Below, one piece after another: positions 1-10,558 of a stretch of DNA of 64,000 nucleotides (positions within the stretch are counted from its first letter, which is position 1; every line of letters starts with the position of its first letter). The notes under the pieces are model-generated. The model made no database searches. It was not told where the DNA came from and saw only the letters and a list, made by a program, of their open reading frames with translations. A program made the translations under genes and the position numbers. This stretch comes from Thermoplasmatota archaeon (GTDB taxonomy: Archaea; Thermoplasmatota; JAKEGO01), in contig JANQNK010000019.1 of the NCBI GenBank assembly GCA_028279595.1, positions 33,965 through 97,964 on the forward strand. The letters run 5' to 3'.

Positions 1-58
1 CCGGGTCTAATCCCGTTTGACCGTAAACGTATTATCGTAAGATACCGTGCATGATTGC

Positions 59-1105
59 ATGAGGACCTTGCTGCTAGCCGTCTGCCTGAGCATTCTCGCA
101 TTATTCATATCCGTTTCAGCGGCCGTCGCCCAGGACACCGTGGAGTGTCCCGAGGGCACTGTCCCGACGATCGACGGGACGCTCGAACCGGGTGAATGGG
201 ACGATGCCGAGAACATCACGATGTCGTTCTCGCTCGAGGACGACTGCACGGCATTCTACAAGTATTCCGGACGTTACCTGTTCGTCGCCTTCCAGTTCGA
301 GGAAGGACACACCACCAACATACCCGATACTCGGGTCCTCCTCGACACGAACAATGATATGGCAGACAGTCCCCAGACCGACGATTTCGAACTCTACATC
401 AATCCCGACAACGGAGGGGCGAGGGAGCGCCGTGGCACGGGGAGCAACTGGGCGGTCGTCGACATCGACAACTGGACCGGCGAGTGGAACGACACCGATT
501 CGGACCGTTGGTCGTCAGAGTATTCCATTTCGTTCTCGAAACTGCAGGGTAATGGTTCGTCCAGCATCCTCGGATTCGGCATAGTTGTCTACGGAAATTA
601 CGGTGAATCCTCGGGATGGCCGAACGGTGCTGACGAGGATGATCCGGGAACCTGGGGCAACATGACGTTCGGCGGGGCCGGTCCCGGTGTTCGCAGTCTC
701 GGATTGCGGGTTCCCACGCTCATCGATGTAGAGGCGGGAAAGGATGCCACAGCCGCTTTCACGGTATCCAACACGGGGTCCGAGACGGAATTGGTCCGTC
801 TCGAAATTGGGGGTGATGTCGTGAGGTGGGCCTCACTGGACATCGATGAGTTCACCATCGAACCCCGGGAGGAGATCATGATCAACATCACGGTCACGGT
901 CCCAGGTGATACGGAGGAGGGTCTGTACTCGATAGATATCACGGCCGAGGCCAGGAGCGGTATCAACAGCACGGCATCGGTCAGGATTGATGTTTCCGCA
1001 TCCGAAGGTGGCGGTGGTGGGAGCGATGACGACACCCCCGGGTTCGACCTGATACTTGTAACGATAGCCCTCGCTGTGGTCGTACTTCTCTACAGGAGAC
1101 GATAG
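59..1105 (+). CDS. Secreted surface protein: DOMON/CBM9-like N-terminal domain, Ig-like (NPCBM-assoc/COG1470-type) domain, PGF-CTERM sorting signal
   Basis: Signal peptide MRTLLLAVCLSILALFISVSAAVA; PTIDG..EPGEW motif; NTGSETE Ig repeat; C-terminus TPGF + hydrophobic helix + RRR. Confidence 0.75.
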   Translation: MRTLLLAVCLSILALFISVSAAVAQDTVECPEGTVPTIDGTLEPGEWDDAENITMSFSLEDDCTAFYKYSGRYLFVAFQFEEGHTTNIPDTRVLLDTNNDMADSPQTDDFELYINPDNGGARERRGTGSNWAVVDIDNWTGEWNDTDSDRWSSEYSISFSKLQGNGSSSILGFGIVVYGNYGESSGWPNGADEDDPGTWGNMTFGGAGPGVRSLGLRVPTLIDVEAGKDATAAFTVSNTGSETELVRLEIGGDVVRWASLDIDEFTIEPREEIMINITVTVPGDTEEGLYSIDITAEARSGINSTASVRIDVSASEGGGGGSDDDTPGFDLILVTIALAVVVLLYRRR

Positions 1106-1112
1106 TCCGGGA

Positions 1113-2048
1113 TCACTCGTGCGGACCGGGGAAGGGGAGCAGTCCCTTCTCCTCGAGTTCCTTCGAGAAACGCTCCTTCTCCAGCAGCGTCTCCCAGCGG
1201 GCGTCCATCTTCCTCTCCCAGTCCTTCAGGAAATCCTCGGGGAGATGCCGGAACCTGCCCTGCATCCTCACGTATGCCATGAAGTCGGTCTTCTGGGGTT
1301 TCTGGTTGATCGTGTAGACGCCGTGGTCGACCTCGAAGAGGGGCCAGAGATGTGTCGAGACCGCCATCTTGGCGAGCTCGATGGTCCTGCTCGGGTCGGA
1401 GCGCCAGCCGGTCGGGCAAGGTGCGTAGACCTGTATGAACTTGGGTCCATGGATCGTCTTGGCCTTCTGGAACTTGCGGATCATGTCCTCGGGATAGGCG
1501 ACCGAAGCGGTGGCGACGTAGGGCGCCTTGTGGGCGACCATTATATCGACCATGTCCTTCTTCTCGTCGGCCTCCCAGAACTGGGTGCTTCCCACGGGAG
1601 TGGTGGTCGTCCAGGCTCCCACCGGCGTCGAGGAGCTCCTCTGAATGCCGGTGTTCATGTACGCCTCGTTGTCGTACATAACGTAGATCACGTTGGTGCC
1701 GCGCTCGACCATGCCGGAAAGTGCCTGGATCCCGATGTCGGCCGTTCCGCCGTCGCCGGCCCAGCCCATGACCTGGACGTCGTCCTTCCCCTGGAAGTCC
1801 AGCGCCGCGCGGATACCTGATATGGATGCACCGGTCACCTCGAAGGCTGTGTAGAGCAACGGGACCTTGAGGTTCTGGTTGGGCCAGACCCCTGGGATCA
1901 CAGCCCAGCAGCATGCCGGGATGCTGACGATGGTGTCCTCGCCCATTGCCTTTAGGGCGTAGCGCATCGCGTGCGCCGCGCCGCAGCCCTGACACGCCAC
2001 GTGCCCGGACCTCATGTGCTCGTCAGTGGGTATCGTGAACCTTCCCAT
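1113..2048 (-). CDS. porB: 2-oxoacid (pyruvate/ketoisovalerate):ferredoxin oxidoreductase beta subunit
   Basis: ACQGCG, TPP-binding GDGGTADIG...YDNEAYMNTG, APCPTGW. Confidence 0.93.
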   Translation of the reverse strand: MGRFTIPTDEHMRSGHVACQGCGAAHAMRYALKAMGEDTIVSIPACCWAVIPGVWPNQNLKVPLLYTAFEVTGASISGIRAALDFQGKDDVQVMGWAGDGGTADIGIQALSGMVERGTNVIYVMYDNEAYMNTGIQRSSSTPVGAWTTTTPVGSTQFWEADEKKDMVDIMVAHKAPYVATASVAYPEDMIRKFQKAKTIHGPKFIQVYAPCPTGWRSDPSRTIELAKMAVSTHLWPLFEVDHGVYTINQKPQKTDFMAYVRMQGRFRHLPEDFLKDWERKMDARWETLLEKERFSKELEEKGLLPFPGPHE

Positions 2049-3232
2049 CAGGCATCACCTCCCGGTCCGACCAGACCATGCCATGTCATCTCCTCGTCGA
2101 GCCCCTCGCGGCTCACCTTGACGAGGTTCTTGTAGACGTCCCTGATGTCCCTCGGTCGGACATCGCGCCCGCCGATGCCGACGAGGTAGTTCTTGAGAAG
2201 AGGTCGCTCCTCCTGTCCGTATAGGGCAGCGAGGATCTCGGTGTAGAACGGTCCGAAGGCCCCGTAGGTGTATGTCCTGTCGATCACTCCGATTGCCTTC
2301 ACACCCTTTGCGAGAGCCCTTACATCGTCCACCGGGAACGGCCTGAACACGCGGACCCTGGCCATGCCGACCTTCTCGCCCTCGTTTCGGAGCTGGTCGA
2401 CGACCTCACGGGTGGTCGAGCTGTTCGTGCCGGAGGCGACGAGGAGGTAGTCAGCGTCCTCGGTCCGGTAGTGCTCCACCAGCCCGCCGTAGGACCTTCC
2501 GAAGGTCTTCTCGAACTCCCTGTCCACCTCGACGATGCGCTCCTTGGCGGTGTCGTAGGCCTTCGCCATGAGGTATCTGAACTCGAGGAAGTTGTCGGGC
2601 ATGACGAGCGATCCGAAGCCGTACGGTTCGTCCACGTCGAGCTTGTATCGCGGTTCGTATGACGGAAGGAACTCGTCGACGAGCTCCTGGTCCGGTATGT
2701 CGACGGGCTCGACCGTATGGGACAGATAGAAGGCGTCCTCGGTGAGCATCGACGGCATGAGGATGTCCGAGGACTCGCTCACCCTGTATGACATGATGGT
2801 GGTGTCGAGGACCTCCTGGTTGTTCTCGCAGTAGATCTGCATCCATCCTGTGTCCCTCTGTGCGATGGAGTCCTGATGGTCCGCCCATATGCTCCACGGG
2901 GGACCCATGGCGCGGTTGATGTTGACCATGACTATCGGGAGCCTGGCGGCAGCTGCCCACATGAGCATCTCGTGCATAAGCGCGAGTCCGTGGGCCGAGC
3001 TGGCCGTGAAGCTCCTCACTCCGGTGTTCTGTGCGGAGATGCACGCGCTCATAGCGGAGTGTTCGCTCTCGACCTTGATGAACTTGCAATCGAGCTCGCC
3101 GTCGGCGATGAAATCGGCGATGTACTCCACGACCGTGGTCTGCGGTGTGATGGGGTAAGCGGCGATGACGCCCGGCCTTGAGAGCTTGGCCCCGTAGGCG
3201 GCGGCGTGGTTACCGGTGATGACCTTCCTCAT
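2048..3232 (-). CDS. porA: 2-oxoacid:ferredoxin oxidoreductase alpha subunit
   Basis: Start MRKVITGNHAAA at 3232 after GGAGGTG RBS; AYPITPQT, VESEHSA, RVFRPFP motifs. Confidence 0.93.
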   Translation of the reverse strand: MRKVITGNHAAAYGAKLSRPGVIAAYPITPQTTVVEYIADFIADGELDCKFIKVESEHSAMSACISAQNTGVRSFTASSAHGLALMHEMLMWAAAARLPIVMVNINRAMGPPWSIWADHQDSIAQRDTGWMQIYCENNQEVLDTTIMSYRVSESSDILMPSMLTEDAFYLSHTVEPVDIPDQELVDEFLPSYEPRYKLDVDEPYGFGSLVMPDNFLEFRYLMAKAYDTAKERIVEVDREFEKTFGRSYGGLVEHYRTEDADYLLVASGTNSSTTREVVDQLRNEGEKVGMARVRVFRPFPVDDVRALAKGVKAIGVIDRTYTYGAFGPFYTEILAALYGQEERPLLKNYLVGIGGRDVRPRDIRDVYKNLVKVSREGLDEEMTWHGLVGPGGDA

Positions 3233-3234
3233 CG

Positions 3235-3507
3235 TCACACCTCCTTCTCCATGTCTATCGCATCCTTCGGGCACTCGTGGGCGCAGATCCCGCATCCCTT
3301 GCAGTATTCGTAGTTGATCTCGGGGAAGGAATCCTCGTCCTCGACGATCACGGAGACGTCGGGACAGAACTTCCAGCAGATGAAGCACTTGATGCACTTC
3401 TCGTTGTCTATGACCGGCTTGAAGGTCCTCCATGACCCGGTCTTGAGCTTCATCTCCTTGTCATATGTTATCGGGGTCGGGGTGAGCTTGTCGAACGGTA
3501 TCGTCAT
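3235..3507 (-). CDS. porD: 2-oxoacid:ferredoxin oxidoreductase delta subunit (2x[4Fe-4S])
   Basis: TGSWRTFKPVID, CIKCFICWKFCP, YCKGCGICAHECP. Confidence 0.93.
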   Translation of the reverse strand: MTIPFDKLTPTPITYDKEMKLKTGSWRTFKPVIDNEKCIKCFICWKFCPDVSVIVEDEDSFPEINYEYCKGCGICAHECPKDAIDMEKEV

Positions 3508-4064
3508 TCGGCCACCTCCATCTCTACCATATCGAAGGCATCCCTGGCCGCCTGGATGTTGGGTTCGACCTTCCTCTTGACCTGGCGCTTGACGGCCTCG
3601 GCCACGGACTCGATGGAGACCACGCCGGTCTTCGCGAAGGCGCCGACCATAGATGTGTTGACTATCGGCGACTCCCTGCTGCCAAGACCGTGTTCGAGAG
3701 CGATACCGGTGCCGTCGACGACGTCGACCGTCGCGCCGAGCTTCTTCTTGTACTCTGCGGCCATGGCAGCGGGCGCGTTGATGAGTATCCTGCCGTCATC
3801 CTTGAGGCCCTCTCCCACATTGATGTACTCCAGCAGTGCGGTGTCGAGGACGATGACGTAGTCAGGCTCGTAGATCATCGATTTGACCCTTATCGGCCTG
3901 TCGTCGACCTTCGTGAACGCCGTCACGGGAGCTCCCCGCCTTTCGACGCCGAAGAACGGGAACGCCTGGACGTCCTTTCCCTCTATGAAGGCCGCTTCGG
4001 CCAGCAGACGGGATGCGATGACCGCACCTTGACCTCCCCTTCCGTGGAACCGTATCTCTATCAC
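3504..4064 (-). CDS. porG: 2-oxoacid:ferredoxin oxidoreductase gamma subunit
   Basis: GTG start; [24 protein letters not shown]. Confidence 0.92.
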
Positions 4065-4293
4065 ATCAAACCCCGTTGACCTATTCGCCCCTGATATTTT
4101 TACCTTTCTGCCATTGTCTGGTCGGTTGAGGATTCTCAAGTTACTTGTGGGACATTTTCCCGAAATCACGACGAGAATGAACGTCTCCGGGAGCTTCCTG
4201 GCCGATCTATCATGTGTGCTGGTCGAAGGCGAAGGTCGTCAGTGTGAACCTTTAAATTGTGTGTCAGGGCTGACCGTTCTTGGTGGAGCGAAG

Positions 4294-5361
4294 ATGAGGA
4301 CAGCACTTTACGACAGACACGTCGGGCTCGGAGCGAAGATGACCGATTTCGGGGGCTGGGAGATGCCGCTCTGGTACAGCAGCATCATCGACGAGCACAT
4401 GGCGGTCCGCAGGGACGCTGGCCTCTTCGACGTCTCCCACATGGGGGACCTGGTCATCTCGGGACCGGATGCGGTGGCGTTCATCGACACGGTCCAGACA
4501 AATCACTTCGGCAAGGTCGAGGTGGGCGGAATGAAGTACTGCCACATCCTCAACGAGGACGGCAACATCATCGACGACACGATAATTACGAGGATAACGG
4601 AGGAGGAGTACCTGATGGTGCCCAACGCGGGGACCACGCCGAAGGTCCTCTCGTGGCTGAGGGAGCATTCCGAAGGCTTCGACGTCTCCATCGAGGACAG
4701 GTCGGAGATGTTCTGCGTGGCATTGCAGGGTCCTAAGGCAGCCGAGGTCTTTGAAGCGGCGGCCGGTGCGGCAGGTGACATGGAGTTCTTCACCATGCGC
4801 CGGATGGCCATAGACGATGTCGACTGCATGGTCGAGGCATCCGGGTACACCGGAGAGCAGGGCTACGAGATCATGGGGCCGCCGGAGGGCGCGGAGGCCG
4901 TCTGGGACGCGTTGATGGAAGCCGGAGCAGGCCACGGGATGAGACCGTGCGGGCTCGGCGCCAGGGACACCCTGAGGCTGGAGAAGTGCTTCCTGCTGTC
5001 CGGTCAGGACTTCGATTCCGACAGGACGCCCCTGGAGACGACCTACGACTTCGTACTCAAGTGGGACCATGACTTCATCGGGAAGGACGCGCTCCTGGCA
5101 CAGCGGGAGTCGGACGATTTCGATCGTTGGACGGCGTTCATGATCGAGGGCAAGGGGGTCCCGCGTCATGGCGACAGGATCCTCAAGAACGGAGATCCGG
5201 TCGGGGTCGTCTCGAGCGGTGGGATGTCACCGATGCTCAAGGTCGGGATCGCTCTTGGTTACGTACCGAAAGACCTGACCGGGACGGGTACCAAGGTGGA
5301 CATCGAGACACGAACAAGGACACTTGACGCGGTGGTCGTCGAGAAACCTTTCATTAAGTGA
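4294..5361 (+). CDS. gcvT: Glycine cleavage system aminomethyltransferase T
   Basis: MRTALYDRH..GA.M.DFGGWEMP, LFDVSHMG, GYTGEQGYE, GLGARDTLRLE. Confidence 0.93.
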   Translation: MRTALYDRHVGLGAKMTDFGGWEMPLWYSSIIDEHMAVRRDAGLFDVSHMGDLVISGPDAVAFIDTVQTNHFGKVEVGGMKYCHILNEDGNIIDDTIITRITEEEYLMVPNAGTTPKVLSWLREHSEGFDVSIEDRSEMFCVALQGPKAAEVFEAAAGAAGDMEFFTMRRMAIDDVDCMVEASGYTGEQGYEIMGPPEGAEAVWDALMEAGAGHGMRPCGLGARDTLRLEKCFLLSGQDFDSDRTPLETTYDFVLKWDHDFIGKDALLAQRESDDFDRWTAFMIEGKGVPRHGDRILKNGDPVGVVSSGGMSPMLKVGIALGYVPKDLTGTGTKVDIETRTRTLDAVVVEKPFIK

Positions 5362-5429
5362 TTCGTAACTAGATGGTTTTCTACCGTCCGTGAAGGCCCT
5401 GGCCGTCGACGACCATGGGAGCTACTTGT

Positions 5430-6482
5430 CTATAGCACCTTTACCTTGTCGCCGACGTAGATGTCGTCCTCTATGCGGACACCGCCGATCCCGGGGATGT
5501 ATACACCGGGTTCGATCGTGAATGTGTTGCCCTTCCTGACGACGTCCTTCTTCGGGCTGGCTATCCGCACCCAGGGTCTCTCGTGGACCTCCAGGCCGAA
5601 GCCGTGTCCGGTGGAGTGGACGAAATATCGGTCGTAGTCCGGCTTGAGCGTCTCCCTGATGGCCGCCTCTATCTCGCAGAACGGAACGCCGACGCCGACC
5701 GTCTCGATGCCTGTCAGCTGGGCCTTCTCGACCGCCGCGTAGATCTTCTTCATCTTCGCCGAGGCATTGGGCATGAGCAGGGTCCTGGATATATCGGAGC
5801 AGTATCCGTTGATGAACACTCCGAAATCGATGATGACCGCGTCGGACTTCCCGATCCTCCTATTCGTGACGTCGTGATGGGAATATGCCGAGTTCTGCTT
5901 CCCGGAGGCCACGATGGTGGTGAAGGACAGAGCCGTACCGCCAGCGGACCTCAATGCATGGTCCAGGTCGACCGCGGCCTGGTTCTCGGTCTTTCCGGGG
6001 ACGATTATCTCGGGGAGCTCCTCGCCCACCTTCTTGGTTATCCTCACGGCCTTCCTGATCTGGGCCATCTCGTACTCGTCCTTGACCTCGCGCATCTCCT
6101 CGACCTTGTCGCTGACCTTGACCTTGACGCCCTTGATGCGATCCTTGGCGTCCATCAGGGCCGTCGTGATGTCATAGTGATCAACCACCTTCTTCAGGAC
6201 CTCTACCGCGGACGCCCCGTCCTTGGGGATCCCATCGTATGGGCCGAATATCTTCAATGTGTCACAGACAGCCTGTTCCCTGGCCCTGAACTCCTCGAGG
6301 GTGGACGTTATGCCGATCGTTCGCCTCGGCGTCACGACCAGGTACGTGAGCATGGCAAAGGTCGGTACGTGGGAGCAGGACAGGTAACGGATGTTACCGG
6401 GTGTCTTGAATATGAACGCGTCCGCTTCCTTCTCCCGCATGTGTGCCCTGACCTGGCGTAACCTATTCCTGTAATCGATCAT
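5430..6482 (-). CDS. Xaa-Pro peptidase, M24 family
   Basis: IDFG..GYCSDISRT, HSTGHGFGLEVHE, TIEPGVY..GVRIEDD. Confidence 0.92.
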   Translation of the reverse strand: MIDYRNRLRQVRAHMREKEADAFIFKTPGNIRYLSCSHVPTFAMLTYLVVTPRRTIGITSTLEEFRAREQAVCDTLKIFGPYDGIPKDGASAVEVLKKVVDHYDITTALMDAKDRIKGVKVKVSDKVEEMREVKDEYEMAQIRKAVRITKKVGEELPEIIVPGKTENQAAVDLDHALRSAGGTALSFTTIVASGKQNSAYSHHDVTNRRIGKSDAVIIDFGVFINGYCSDISRTLLMPNASAKMKKIYAAVEKAQLTGIETVGVGVPFCEIEAAIRETLKPDYDRYFVHSTGHGFGLEVHERPWVRIASPKKDVVRKGNTFTIEPGVYIPGIGGVRIEDDIYVGDKVKVL

Positions 6483-6502
6483 TTGCGATCACCTCTTCGT
6501 GA

Positions 6503-9364
6503 CTATTCCACTAGGTCTACCTCAGTGGTCGCCCCGGTATCGTGCCTGCCATACATAAGCTCATCGTACAGCCTGCCCCGTATGAGGTAGGTGTAGATCG
6601 CCGTCAGATAGAAGAGCGCGGCGAGCACGCAGAGCACGAGCAGGAACTGGATGAGGCCGATGAACACGTAGATCGGCTGGATCGGTATGAAGAACCCGGC
6701 GAAGAGCCCGGCGAGGGTGACCGCGGTCGCCTCGACGAAGGACCTCCCGGACGTCTCGATCGTCGTTCTGATGCCGTCCAGCGTTTCCCCCTCTTCGCGG
6801 AGACGTTCGGTCGTGTGGATAGAGAAATCCACCCCTGCACCCACGACTATGGACCCAAGCATGGCTGTAATGATCGTCAATGGCGTGTTGAAGAGATACA
6901 ACGTCAACGGCAATAGACCTACCACTATCGAGAGCGGAATTACGGTGATGACGGAGTACCGGACGGACCGGAATATGACCATGAGGACTATGAGGACGAA
7001 TACGAGGGACAGGATCATGCTCGTGATCGCGTTCACGAAGATCAGGTCGTTGACGGTGATGCCGATGGCGGCGACACCGGTCAGCTTCGATGTGCTGAGC
7101 CCGGCGGGCACCTCCTTCACTGCGGCGTTGACGCCCTCCACCTTGGACCTCGACTTCTGGACGCTCTCGATGGGCATGTCGATGAAGATGAGCATCTTCG
7201 AGTAGTCCGAGTTGATGAAGAACTCCCTCAGTTCCGGGGAGAGGCTGTCGTAGACCATCTCGATCCAGAACAGGCGGAGGTTGTAAGGCTGCTTGTTCTC
7301 GGGGGATTGCTCGATGAGGTCCCAGTAGGTCATGTTCAGGTACTCGTCCTGCTGGTTGATGTTCGCCAGGCCTGCGACGGAGAGCAAGGCGGGTATGACG
7401 TCGTAATCGTCCTGTGCATCCAGAAGGTTCCTGAGGCGGAGGGTCTTGAAGATATCGACGATGCTGATGGCCCATGTGTCCTTGACCTCGTTTATCCTGT
7501 TCTCGAGGTGCTCGGCGCTCCTCAGTACGTCGTAGTCCTTCATGCTGTACTCGTAATCGTCGCCGATCGCCGGGGCGCCGCGGACGATGACCATCCCGAT
7601 CTCGCCGCCCTTGAATATCTCGGCGTAGTCCTTGTAGGTCACCAGGGACTCCTGGTCCTCCGGTGCGAACGATAGGAAGTCGACGTCGGAGCCGACGCCG
7701 CCGCTGAGCATAATGGACAACGACAGTAGAAGGAGGACGATCCCTCCGGCTAGGATCTTCTTGGTGTGCTTGATGGGTATGGGGGAGATGACCTTGAACT
7801 TGTCACCAAGGGTGTCGCCCCTCTTGTGGTAGTCGAGGAGAAGGACGAGGGGGGGCACGAGGAGCATCGCCATCATGTAGTTGACGATGATCCCGAGGGT
7901 GAGGGTCAGTCCGACGGTCTGCATCGGTAGGATGTTCGTGACCATGAGGGATGCGAAACCGCCCGCGGTGGTTATCGCGGAAAGGAAGACGGCCTTGCCG
8001 GTCGTCCGCACGGCGACCTTTATCCTCTCCTGTTTGTCCTCTATCTGGGACTCCTCCGCGTAACGGTTGGCGATGTAGAGCCCGTAGGCCACACCCAAGG
8101 CTATCAGGATCGGACCTACCGCTATCACCTGCGGTGTGATAGGTAGCTTGGTGATGGCTATGATCGAGAACGTGAGCGCGATGGACACGGAGACCGGTAC
8201 CAGCGCGATGAACAGGATCTTGAGGGTCCTGTGGAAGACGAACAGGGCGACGAGGATGAAAAGGGTCGCTATGATGAGGGCGTTGATCCCCTCACGGACG
8301 GAGCGGTCCTGGACGTCCTTGGTGACCGGAATGGTACCCGTGTCCCTGACCTTGAGCTTCATGTTGGCCGGAACGCGGCCGTTGTAGTCCGCCACCTCGT
8401 TCTGGTAGGAGTCCCTGACCCTTACCGTGATCTCGTCGAAATCGAGGTCCGAGACGAGCCCGATGAGGCAGATCGCGGAGTCCCAGACACCGTCGCCGTT
8501 GGTGTCGAGGACGATGTGGTTGAGGATGCGCTCCTCGACCTGGTTGACCCAGTCATTGACGTCATCCTGGTCCTCTGGAATCTCGTACGAGCCGGACTGG
8601 TTTGCCATGATGTCTATCCAGGTGTCGGCCCAGCCGGTATTGGTCCCGGTGGCCTTCTCGACCTGGTGCTGGAAGGCGTAGAGCGCCTGGGGGGTGCTGC
8701 CGTTGAGCTCGCGGATGATGCTGGCGATCGACAGGACGTATATGACATCATCCTCGGCCCCGCGGTCGCTCTCGACCGTGTTCAGTCCGCGTTCTATGAC
8801 GGTCATCTCCTGGAGGATGCCCACGTCGGTGATGTTGGTGCCTATATTCCTGTCGAAGGCGTTCATGGTCTCGAAGTAGAGCACGAACAGGTCGATGGTC
8901 CAGTTCTCCCTCACCTCGTTCAGGATGTTCGACGTCTCCTCACCTTCTGGTAGGTACACGTCGAAAGCGGCGTTCATGTTGAGATTCAGATAACCAAGCA
9001 TGTTGGGGGGATCCTCGTTCTCGTTCAGCTTCTTGTCCACCGCATCCCACTTGACCAGCGGAACGATGAGGATCGATGTGAGGATGAGTGTGACCATGAG
9101 CGTGGTCTTGGGGTGCTCGATCATCTTGTCGAACAGGTTGTAGAATCCCTCCCGGCTGAACACGATGTCGATGTAACGACCACCGGTCTCGTCCACCTTC
9201 TTCATTGCGGCGGACGCACGGTCCTTTGCGGAACCTGCAGCCTCGGTAGAGCGGTCCACGGACTCGGCGGCCTTTGTCAGGCGCTTGTCGAGCGATCTGT
9301 CGATCGAGTCCTTGAGGCCCTTCAATCGAGAGAGGGCCTTCCCTGAACCTGGCTCTTCAGCCAT
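6503..9364 (-). CDS. RND/MMPL family membrane transporter
   Basis: Duplicated 1+5 TM architecture with large extracellular loops; TTGKAVFLSAITTAGGFASL; GAGVDFSIH. Confidence 0.88.
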   Translation of the reverse strand: MAEEPGSGKALSRLKGLKDSIDRSLDKRLTKAAESVDRSTEAAGSAKDRASAAMKKVDETGGRYIDIVFSREGFYNLFDKMIEHPKTTLMVTLILTSILIVPLVKWDAVDKKLNENEDPPNMLGYLNLNMNAAFDVYLPEGEETSNILNEVRENWTIDLFVLYFETMNAFDRNIGTNITDVGILQEMTVIERGLNTVESDRGAEDDVIYVLSIASIIRELNGSTPQALYAFQHQVEKATGTNTGWADTWIDIMANQSGSYEIPEDQDDVNDWVNQVEERILNHIVLDTNGDGVWDSAICLIGLVSDLDFDEITVRVRDSYQNEVADYNGRVPANMKLKVRDTGTIPVTKDVQDRSVREGINALIIATLFILVALFVFHRTLKILFIALVPVSVSIALTFSIIAITKLPITPQVIAVGPILIALGVAYGLYIANRYAEESQIEDKQERIKVAVRTTGKAVFLSAITTAGGFASLMVTNILPMQTVGLTLTLGIIVNYMMAMLLVPPLVLLLDYHKRGDTLGDKFKVISPIPIKHTKKILAGGIVLLLLSLSIMLSGGVGSDVDFLSFAPEDQESLVTYKDYAEIFKGGEIGMVIVRGAPAIGDDYEYSMKDYDVLRSAEHLENRINEVKDTWAISIVDIFKTLRLRNLLDAQDDYDVIPALLSVAGLANINQQDEYLNMTYWDLIEQSPENKQPYNLRLFWIEMVYDSLSPELREFFINSDYSKMLIFIDMPIESVQKSRSKVEGVNAAVKEVPAGLSTSKLTGVAAIGITVNDLIFVNAITSMILSLVFVLIVLMVIFRSVRYSVITVIPLSIVVGLLPLTLYLFNTPLTIITAMLGSIVVGAGVDFSIHTTERLREEGETLDGIRTTIETSGRSFVEATAVTLAGLFAGFFIPIQPIYVFIGLIQFLLVLCVLAALFYLTAIYTYLIRGRLYDELMYGRHDTGATTEVDLVE

Positions 9365-9414
9365 CCAATCTCCTCATCCGGGGCTATTCCAAGGTATGAT
9401 ATAGGTTTTTCGCA

Positions 9415-9585
9415 TCAGGCGTGGTATTCCGCCCACCTCTCGGCCGTGTACCACATCGGATGCTCCACCCTGTCGTACCTCTCGCAGGCGCCAGCTATGT
9501 TCCCGTTGCAGGTCCCGTCGAGGTATCCCCGGCAGAAACTGCATCGCTCGGAACTCACCGCGCTCCGCTTCATCTTCACCATCAT
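9415..9585 (-). CDS. Small Cys-rich hypothetical protein (56 aa)
   Basis: AGGTGAG RBS before ATGATG; CSFC-x7-C-x7-C; directly downstream of the TrmB gene. Confidence 0.6.
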   Translation of the reverse strand: MMVKMKRSAVSSERCSFCRGYLDGTCNGNIAGACERYDRVEHPMWYTAERWAEYHA

Positions 9586-9599
9586 CTCACCTTTTCGAC

Positions 9600-10370
9600 T
9601 CATCCTTCGCAAGAGTACAGGCTGTCGAACAGTATGTTGTTGAACGTTACCAATGCCTGGTTCTCCGTGACAATGCCGACCATGTCAGCTCCGGTCCCCG
9701 AGGTGTCCAGACCACCGACGTAGACCTGTCGGCCGTCGATAATAAGCAGTCCCGCGTTCGGGACGTTCTGGATGCTCGCTTCCAGGAAGTCCACCGCCTC
9801 CTGCGGGACTAGTTCTGGCGGCAGGATCGCCTTGACATCGAGACCTGCCTTCTTCGACTCCACAAGGAGGTCCGTGATCTTCTCGACGATCGACTGGGGA
9901 ACGACCGTCGCCACGACCTTCACCTCGTGTTCCGCCGTCTTGATCATCTCCTCGATCCGCTTGAAGGCCTCCAGTCCACGGACTACGGTGATCTCGGACA
10001 TCTTGACAGGGATGTTGTTGTAGACCGGTTTCAGGGCACCGACGGCCGTCTTGTAGGCCTTCGAGACCGCCTTCCGCCTGAGGTCGAGGACCTTCTCCGG
10101 GTCCACGGGTGCGAACATGCGAGGCGCTTCCGAGACCTTCTTGACCCATCCCTTGGACATCAGTCGGTCGAAGATCCCGTAGACCTTCGTCCTCGAAAAA
10201 CTGAGGTATTGACTGATGTCTCCGACCGTGGAAACGCCCTTGGTCAGGAGGAGCCTGTAGACGTCGGCCTCCTCCCGTTCCAGTCCCATGTCCTCGAGGG
10301 CATGGAGCACCTCTTCGGTCCCCGTCTCCTCGGTCTCGCCGTCCGGTTCCTTGGGCTCGTCAGGGTTCAC
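9600..10370 (-). CDS. TrmB family transcriptional regulator
   Basis: LEDMGL..EEADVY..LL, SRTKVYGIFDRLMSKGWV wHTH, C-terminal PLD-like effector domain (LLIIDGRQV); GTG start about 25 nt after TTTATATA. Confidence 0.85.
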   Translation of the reverse strand: MNPDEPKEPDGETEETGTEEVLHALEDMGLEREEADVYRLLLTKGVSTVGDISQYLSFSRTKVYGIFDRLMSKGWVKKVSEAPRMFAPVDPEKVLDLRRKAVSKAYKTAVGALKPVYNNIPVKMSEITVVRGLEAFKRIEEMIKTAEHEVKVVATVVPQSIVEKITDLLVESKKAGLDVKAILPPELVPQEAVDFLEASIQNVPNAGLLIIDGRQVYVGGLDTSGTGADMVGIVTENQALVTFNNILFDSLYSCEG

Positions 10371-10558
10371 CAGTCCGTCCTTACGGCCTGAGGGTATATA
10401 AACGTTCTCTAAAAAAGAAACAGTAATAACAATGGGGTGCATTTATACTGACTGGACAAAACGTCTGCAATCGACGAAATTATGCCGAAAAATCGAAAAA
10501 ACGAGATTCAAATGTATCAAAATCACATGAAGGATTTTGACATTATATCTATCGGCAT

